DNA of 64,000 nt from Podarcis filfolensis (Eukaryota): assembly GCA_964270895.1 (NCBI GenBank), contig OZ185441.1. One strand, 5' to 3'. The translations under genes and the position numbers were made by a program. The notes beneath the pieces are model-generated. The model was not told the origin of the DNA. It worked only from the letters and a program-made list of their open reading frames with translations, and did not search any database. Below are positions 25,501-34,500 of this stretch, one piece after another. Position 1 is the first letter of the stretch. The number at the start of each line of letters is the position of its first letter.

Positions 25501-28500
25501 AGGAGGAGATGGATTACATCTGAATCATGCCAAAACTCTGTGAATTGCTTTTCAGGGTAAACGGAGGTTTAAGATGGATGTATCACTTTGTAATTTCTCC
25601 CTCCAACTGTTTTCTCAGGAAGTACCAGCACACGGAACAGCAGTCAAAAAGGAAGCAGTGTGCTGAGCATAAAACAAAAATCAAGAAAAGAACTTCTCAT
25701 GGACAAGCTGCGGGAACAACTTATCATAGCTAAGGCATTTACCATTAAAAAGTGAGCAATTAAAGTTTGTATCAGTTTAAATGAAATCAGGAATTGATTC
25801 TGCAATGCTTTGTGTAGGATTTTTAGAAGATTGCAATTCCATAAAAGGCTAATATCTGAAGGTTTAGTAACAAAGCACTATTCAGTCCTGAGGCTCCAAG
25901 TAACAGTTTTACCAGTGCACCGAATCTCTCTTTGTTTGTCTTCATATTCTCCCACATTGTGTCTTTGTCCTTTTTCACTTGTCGTAAATGTTCTAGAGCA
26001 GGAGAGGGGAACCTTTTTCAGCTTGAGGGCCACAGTCCCTTCTGAGCAACCTTCCAAGGACCACATGTCAGCAGTGGGAAAGATCAGAAACAATATTTGG
26101 CAGAGCAAAACAATGGGCTTTCTACACACACATACACATTGTTCTTCATCTGAACAATCAAACTGCGTTATAAAAGTTCAAGGACATATCCAAGTCAATC
26201 GAAAACACTCAATGAGGGTGTGAAGTACAATGGCTGTGGGGTGTGGCCTGGGGGAGAATACCAAGGACCGGTGAGAGGCCTGAGTCATTATCTGCATTCT
26301 CTACACCTAGGAATGGGCAAGAGCGCAATGCAAGCCAGACCTTCAGGCTCACTTGGTTTCCCCCTTCATATGGGACCAAAGGGCCATCATGGTCCCCACG
26401 TCTGACTTCATGCATTTTGTAGTTATCTCTAAGCAAATGTATAAGTTCTTGGGAGTAGTAAATTAAACTGCATAGTTCTTTACATAAAGTTATTTGTAAG
26501 ACTGTATTTTCTGTTATTTCAGGACCCTTCAGGTATATGTGCCCATCAAACAGTTTTTCTACAATCTTATCCACCCAGATTACAGTGCTGTGACTGATGT
26601 TTATGTCCTGATGTTCCTTGCTGATACTGTCGACTTCATTATCATTGTGTTTGGATTCTGGGCTTTTGGGGTATGTTATAAAGAATTTGATGTATTTGGA
26701 ATTTTTTTGTCATAAATGACTATCTCTTATGACAAATGCTCCCTGTACCTTATTGCTCCTGTTTTTCTTTGCAGAAACACTCTGCAGCAGCAGATATCAC
26801 CTCTTCATTATCAGAGGACCAAGTGCCAAGTGCATTCTTAGTGATGGTGCTAATTCAGTTTGGAACCATGGTAGTAGATCGGGCACTGTATCTAAGAAAG
26901 ACTGTCATGGGAAAAGTCATCTTCCAGGTCATACTTGTTTTTGGTATACACTTTTGGATGTTCTTTATCTTGCCTGGAGTAACAGAAAGGTACGTGTTTA
27001 GGTTTTTGTTTTGTTTTTCTAAAAAAATATTATGCTTTTAATTTAGCAGTGATTTAGTCTACTGCCTTAAAAATGTGATCAAAGTATGTGTGTCTATATT
27101 CATTTTCTCCCATCTATTTTATGTTGCAGGAAATTTAGCCAAAATATTGTTGCACAACTTTGGTATTTTGTGAAATGTGTTTATTTTGGCTTATCGGCAT
27201 ATCAGATACGTTGTGGCTACCCAACTCGTGTACTTGGCAATTTCCTCACAAAAAGTTACAATTATGTAAACCTCTTCTTATTTCAGGGGTGAGTATGGAT
27301 ATTTCTTTTCAGTCACACATTTATTTAGCTATAGTGACATTCATAAGCTGCCTTTACCCCCAAATAGGGTCTTCAGGAGTGGCATACAACTTTTAATATA
27401 TATTTGAGTTATTCAGTATGATTTGATAATCATCAGTGCATCATCAGTGACCACAGAGCTGCTGCATGACAGGAAAATTTAAATCTCCTTTGCGCAGTCA
27501 AAGCAACTAGTCATGTTGGGTTAGAACCCATGAATGATCAGAAATGTAACTAATCTTTTAGAACTCCCAAAAGTTAACCAAAACAATTAAAAATCAGCAC
27601 ACAAATCACCTGAAATCTTAAATGCTACAACATACTTGATTTAATATTCTTCAGTTAAAACAGAACCTTCACCTGTGATTATTTCTCTTTGTCTAGATTC
27701 CGCTTGGTACCATTCTTAACTGAGCTGAGGGCAGTAATGGACTGGGTTTGGACAGATACCACATTAAGTCTCTCTAGCTGGATCTGTGTTGAAGATATTT
27801 ATGCTCATATATTCATCCTAAAGTGCTGGCGAGAGTCTGAAAAAGTAAGATTTTTTTTAAAAAAACAACCATTTATTTTCATTAAATGTTTTATGAGGGC
27901 ATAGATCATAGTGTAAGATCTTGAAGAAGCACAAGATAGAAAATTCATATCTGAAAATCATGCCTTTATGCAAAACTATGATAGTATTGCTCTGCACAGT
28001 TCTATTCACCACATCTCATGAGAGAGATTGTGTAGGTGGGAAAAATTCAGAAAAGGGTAATCAAAAATGATTACGGGACTGGAGCAACTCCCTTATGAAA
28101 AGTTATAATAAGAAACTAAATTTTGGGTTGGACTAGATGTTGGACTAGATGGGTTTGATCCAATAGGGATATTTTCTTTAAGAAAAATAAAATTATTTGC
28201 TTTTTTGTTTTATCATATCATCAAAGCATACTGTGTTACAGTCCTTTATTACACAGGATAATAAAGAAAAATAATATATGAATATCAATGATAACATAAT
28301 TTATTTCTCCAATTTGTTTCACTGTTATAAACCTTAACCTTTACTCCCATTCTTCCCCTGGTTTCCTATCTGCTATCGTTTCAGTTGTGTTTTCTTACTA
28401 TACTAAGTTGTTTTCATTACCTTACTTACACTATCTCACGTTGTAACCTCTACTGCTGAGTATTTTTTGTCAGCCTGTTACGATTATTTTCTTATTGCAA

Positions 28501-31500
28501 TATCTTTCCATATAATCTATATACAATCTATTTGCCATGCTGACAAATTCTATATATTCTAATATTTTAAGGTGCCATTCTTCTCGTGATCGTACCAGTA
28601 CGATCCAATAGGGATCTTATGTTCTTACATTGATGGTGTTTCAAGTAGTTTTGTGCTCATCTAATTTTCTTTCAGGTACCTTCACATATAAATAGACAAT
28701 TGTGTCTGCAAATGTAAACCTTGAATTGTATACACATATTCCAGAGATGGTTTAAAAGCCTGACAAGAATTAAAACTGAAGGGTCCCAGAAAACGTTATT
28801 TCAGCTCTTCTTTTCAGAAGTCTTAAATTTAACAGTAGTTTAAAAAAACAACTAAGAATTTAGGACCAGGGCATAAAAAGTTATAACAGCTGAACCTGGT
28901 TCAAATGCAATGGTCCAAAAAGTTCCTTATTTACTTACCTGAAACAGGAACTCTTAACCAAAAGCAGAACTGTTCAACATAAATTCATGTGAACTGCAGG
29001 AAATAGCTTCTAAATGGACCACTGCAACATTTCAACTATGGGTGCACTCCAGATCCATTAAAAGCATTTGAAATGTTGCCACTGACTTCAGTAGGAATTA
29101 GTTTGCAACTCTAATTTATTATTTTTGGCATGCAATCAGTATTTTGCATGCATTGTTAGCTTTTTTGAGCCAGTATAGGCCAATACTGTAAATTCCTGTA
29201 TGTCCAGTTTATTTCCTTTTCGCTGTTTTTTTTTTTTAAGATTACAGTAACCCCACCATCACCTTTTTATGAGTTATGGTGTCTAATTTAATAACTCCTC
29301 TTCCTCAACTGATAGACCCAAGGCCTTTTCTCACAACTGCTTCTGGGCTTGATGCCCAAAAAACAGCCTGTGTTGAATGTTAGCAGATATTGGTACATGC
29401 TGAACTAGAAATATACTACCATTGCCCTGTACTACCTTAGACTTTAGTATGCCACTGCAGACTCCAACATGTGGGTGGAATGCCAAAAGCTGAATTCACT
29501 GCATGGCAGAATATATTCAGGATGCACAAATGGTTGTTTCCTGTGGCTGCCATATGCTGAAGTGATTCTGAAAGTAAGAGCCAAAGCAATCACTGAAGGA
29601 AGAGCACAAAAAAACTGGCTAGAAATCTACCCAGATAGATTAAGACAAGGAACTGCAAAGGGCTTTTTACATCAAACTCATTGCTATCCTATGCAAAACA
29701 AGTTGTGGTTTATGATGCCTTATGCTATTATACTAGGTACTTGGTTTAAGATGTTTCCAGCTCACTGTCTACCCCCATCCTTGGATGATAATGGTTTTCG
29801 TAAGGGTGACCAACCTATCCTGCAAGCTGCAGCCTTCTAATAACATTTAAATGATTAACTATGGATGGCAAGACAGGGGCTTATGGCTCCTTGAAATATG
29901 AAGTATATATATGGCTAAAATAAGTATACACTAAATTTTGGGAGATGCTTGTAACATATAGCATATATATATATTTAAAAAATACTGAAATAAGGTTCTG
30001 AGTTTAGAAGATTGCTCATAAAATCCAAAAGTAAAATAATGTTTAAAAATTCTAGAAAAGCGCAATATAGTCTCCTAATGTTTTATATTGCTAATTACAG
30101 CGATATCCACAGCCAAGGGGCCAGAAGAAGAAGAAGGTTGTGAAATACGGAATGGGTGGCATGATTATCGTCTTGCTGATTTGCATCGTTTGGTTCCCTC
30201 TGCTCTTCATGTCTCTAATTAAATCTGTTGCAGGCGTCACAAATAAACCTCTTGATGTATCCATTACAATAACTTTAGGAGGTTATCAGGTACAAACAAG
30301 AAACTAAAATGTCATCTTTCCCTTCATCTGTTTCCTTTAAATACTAAACGTTCCTTATATAAATGTATGTCAGGAGTTGCCAGCCCAGTGCCCATGGCTG
30401 TGAAGGCCCTTACTGCTGCCCCTGGGTTTTTTCATTAAAAAAAACAAACACCCAAGTCTCTTAGCCCTCCTAGAAGGCAAGATATGTGATTTCTGTGAAA
30501 TAAGAGTGAGTGTGGGATGCCCACCTTGTATATTTTTCCTGGCACTGAGGAATTCTCCCAGTTGCTGCAGTGTGTGTAAAATCAGTGTTCTGTGAGCTCC
30601 ACAGTCTGGACCAGCCCCTAAGGACATAGCTGGTTCAGATAAGGTTGGCTGCCTCGATAAATGCCTTGAATTTTGATTCTTTTTTTAAAAAAAAAATCCT
30701 GATTCTGTTATTAAACTCTGTGTTCTTACTCTCCAGCCTATTTTTACTATGAGTGCTCAGCAGAGTCAACTAAAAAATATGACACCAGCGGAATATAGCA
30801 GTTTCCTAAAGAGTTTTCGCTCTAATACAGTAAGTAATTTTATTTCTTTTAAGTGCCTGCTGAACTTTTAAGGTATCAAGCGATTTAGAAGTGCTTTGAA
30901 ACAAACGAATAAACACAGTGAAGGCTGTAGTTCACAGCAACTGTAGTTGTAGTTTTAAAGCGACAAGAACTGAGACATTCTTTATGAGCGTTCTGTGAGG
31001 TAGATTCTCCATGTCATATTTCCAACTGATTTTATGATTAATAGAATTTTCATACTTTGTAATGGCAAAATACTGGGTGGAAAGCACTGGCATTAACTGT
31101 AGAGTTATTTCCATCTGCCTGTAATACCAGAATCTTTGTCATGGCATAAAGCATGTCAAGCTTTAGGATGCTGCACTGACAAAAATGTGTTGCAGTTGTT
31201 TGCTCTTCCTGGGTGAAGTTTGCTGATTCAGCACTTCCCCTTGCATTCAGCTATTGCCCTAGTCATAGTACATAATATTTTCTCCAAACTGCCTCTCCCT
31301 CCATCTTTTTGTGGGCTACTGAAGAATGATACCAGCAACAAGTACCAAAAAGAATTTGAAGGCAAAGGGATAAAAGCTTCATCTTCCTCCTTTTCTTTTT
31401 TAGGCTGCTCTACAGTTTCTAGAAAACTATGGTAATGAAGATATAACAGTTGCACAGCTAGAAGGCAATTCAAATTCCTTATGGACTATCAGCCCTCCCA

Positions 31501-34500
31501 GCAGGAAAAAAATGATTGATGAGCTCAATGCAGAGAATGCTGAATTTTCTGTAGTTATTTCATGGAGTATTCAAAGGTATGGCTTCCTTGCTAAAATATA
31601 GTGTTATTGTTGTTTGTCTAGTGACTGACACAATCCCTACATATCATCGTTTAGGGATCCCTTTGTCTAAGGTTCCCTGGCACTAGGAGCCAGCTAAAAG
31701 CGCCCCTGCCAAATCCATGAGCTCCCTGCAGAACACATACATTCTGGTACAATTGTGGTAAATCCGGATCACTTGTTTGTCATCTCATAGAAAATGAAAA
31801 GAAGCAAGGACAAACGCCTCCCATCATGACATTCTAGGTGCAGCAAAATTATTAGCATCAAATAAAAGACAGTTGGGTTTTCTGATAGTACTTGGATGTA
31901 GATGTTGCTTCAACGGGGGCAGGGCAATTATTTTTGAACCATTGCAGTTACGGGTCCAGTGTACATGAAGGAGCATCTCTACCCTCATTGTCCAGCCCGG
32001 ACACTGAGGTCCAGTGCCAAGGGCCTTCTGGCGGTTCCCTCACTATGAGAAGTGAGGTTACAGGGAACCAGGCAGAGGGCCTTCTTGGTAGTGGCGCCTG
32101 CGCTGTGGAATGCCCTCCCATCAGATGTCAAGGCAATAAGCAACTACCTTACTTTTAAAAGACATCTAAAGGCAGCCCTGTTTAGGAAAGTTTTTAATGT
32201 TTAATGCTGTATTGTGTTTTTTTCGGTTGGGAGCTGCCCAGACTGGCTGGGGAAACCCAGCCAGATCGGCGGAGTATAAATAATAAATTATTATTATTAT
32301 ATTATTATTATAGGATTGAGTTGCCAATGGTCATGGAGCGGTAATTTGCCCAAAAGCAAATCTAATGCGGATTCACCCAATCTGAACTATCCTGACCAAT
32401 GTACGGATTGGATTTGTTTCTGCTCTTGAATCTGCACATTGCTAGATCCTCCATTCATACCTCATACAGATCTCACGTGTTAAGACTGCCTCTGTGTCTA
32501 CCTTGTTTTTTAAAAGGAGGTGCAGATGCCTTGTGGCTATTTGGCCAGCAATTCCTGCAATTCCCTACAATGAAAAGAAAGAAAGTTCCCTAGGAGTAAT
32601 GAATCCTGCCCTCCATATTCCTGTCTGTTGCAGAACTGGGGGTCTGCCAGAATTGGGTCTTGGCCTTCATTCCTAGTTCTCAAAGAAATATAACATAGTC
32701 TATCACCCAGGGAGAATGGCATTTTGAATACAGCAAAGTCAGAGCAATTGTACATTCATGAACTGTTGCACCGCCTTACTCTTGTTCATACATTTTCTTA
32801 AAGAAACCTCTCCCTTGGAGCAAAAGCAGAAATAGCATCTGATAAACAGAGTCACAACCTACGAAAGCAAGCAAGAAAACTTATTGCTAAAATGATGGAC
32901 AACCAAATGCAACCTGCACCTGTGTAAGTCATTTTCTATGCTTATTAATATGTTGATTTTTCTTATAAGCAGAGCTACAAATTACTGACTTGGGCAAAGA
33001 AAATTGCAATATTGCAACTCCTGTAAAAATGTGTTGAAACTGTTGCCTTATTTCCAAAGTGGCATTTTGTAGTTATTTCAATTTTCAGTAAGATCACCTC
33101 ATTTAACTTTATTTATCCTTCTGCACTTTCTTATAATGAAGTGGGGAGGAGTCCTATCTACCATCTGCTGTGTGCATGCACATGCGCTACCAAACGAAGA
33201 TGTTGATGTTGTCAGCTTTGGCAATTAGCTATTGGAGAAAGGCTGAATTATTGCAGGCCAGAGGCACCTGATGAGGTGCTGAAGGGGAGAGAGGCAAAAG
33301 TAGGAAGGGAGATGCTGAGAAATGCATACAATAAGATGCAACCTGAAGCTCTCATGTGGTCCTCATTCTACCCTAAGTGGAGAATATTTAGTGGAGGCAG
33401 GGCTAGCTACTGACAGAAAAATACTGTAAATTCCATTAAAACAAAGCTTTCCAAACTGTGTTGCGACACACTAGTGTGTTGGTGTGTCATGTGAACACTT
33501 CTCCTGGGGCTGGAAAGGGGTTAGTTTAACCTTCAGTTTGCTAGTAAAACTGAATTACTGTGTTGTGAAATAATGCATGTCTACAAACACCAACTTGAAA
33601 AGTTTGGAGAGCTCTGCATTAGAATCCAGTGCCATGAAGAATAATTCCCAGGTTTGACTGTGGTCTCGTTGTTTAGGACTTTCATGTTGTAAAAATTATA
33701 TCCAAGGCAAATTTCAAATGACCATGTATTGGTATTTCCCTCAATTTATTTTTCTTTTGCAGAATACTGCATGAAGTGTATCCACGCTATATCAAGGCAC
33801 CTAGTGATTCTGTTGCAAAACCCATAAAGCAGCTCTTGACAGGTATGGAGTGATCCACTGCTCATTTCTAACAGGAATATTATTTCATAATGCACCCTGA
33901 TTCAGACACTTTATTGTCTAGATTGCATGACTGCCTGTATAGGGTGGAGCTGAAGCAAAATTCCTCAGATAACAGCTGAAATTAAGATAATTTGCACATG
34001 AGATACTGACAAAATGGTTTGTTTGGTTTTTGTAGATGGAAAAAATGAAGACATCACTGTTTCACTGTCCAGGCATAATGAAACTGAGTGGTGGGTTCTA
34101 AACCAGACTAAAAAAACTCTAGGAGCAGGAAACACAAGTCTGGAACTTATTGTGTTCAGTGACAAAGTTAGTCCTCCTAGCCTGGGATTCTTGGCAGGCT
34201 ATGGGTAAGCAACCATCTTCTACAAATATCATGTGAGGGGTTTTGCAGAGAAGCAGTTTAAAGAAGCCACCTTTGCACCTGGTGACCTCTAACTCCTGGG
34301 AGGAAGAGGTGGCTTGGGCTGCCCTTGCCTCGCGAGGAGCTCTCCCCCTCCTCCTGCCGGAAGATGGGCTCTAGGGTGGGTCTTCTGAGGGTGGTGCTTT
34401 CCGGCACTTTTTGGTGTAGAAAAAAAAGCACTGGGTATCAATATATCTGCCAGAATGAGGGGCAGACCATGCTGATGGCTTCACTTGGCGATATTGTGGG

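Noticed and set aside
33969-34035. Upstream acceptor ttcctcag before the cap exon
   Set aside because: It introduces an immediate TGA; the acceptor at 34035 restores the conserved frame.
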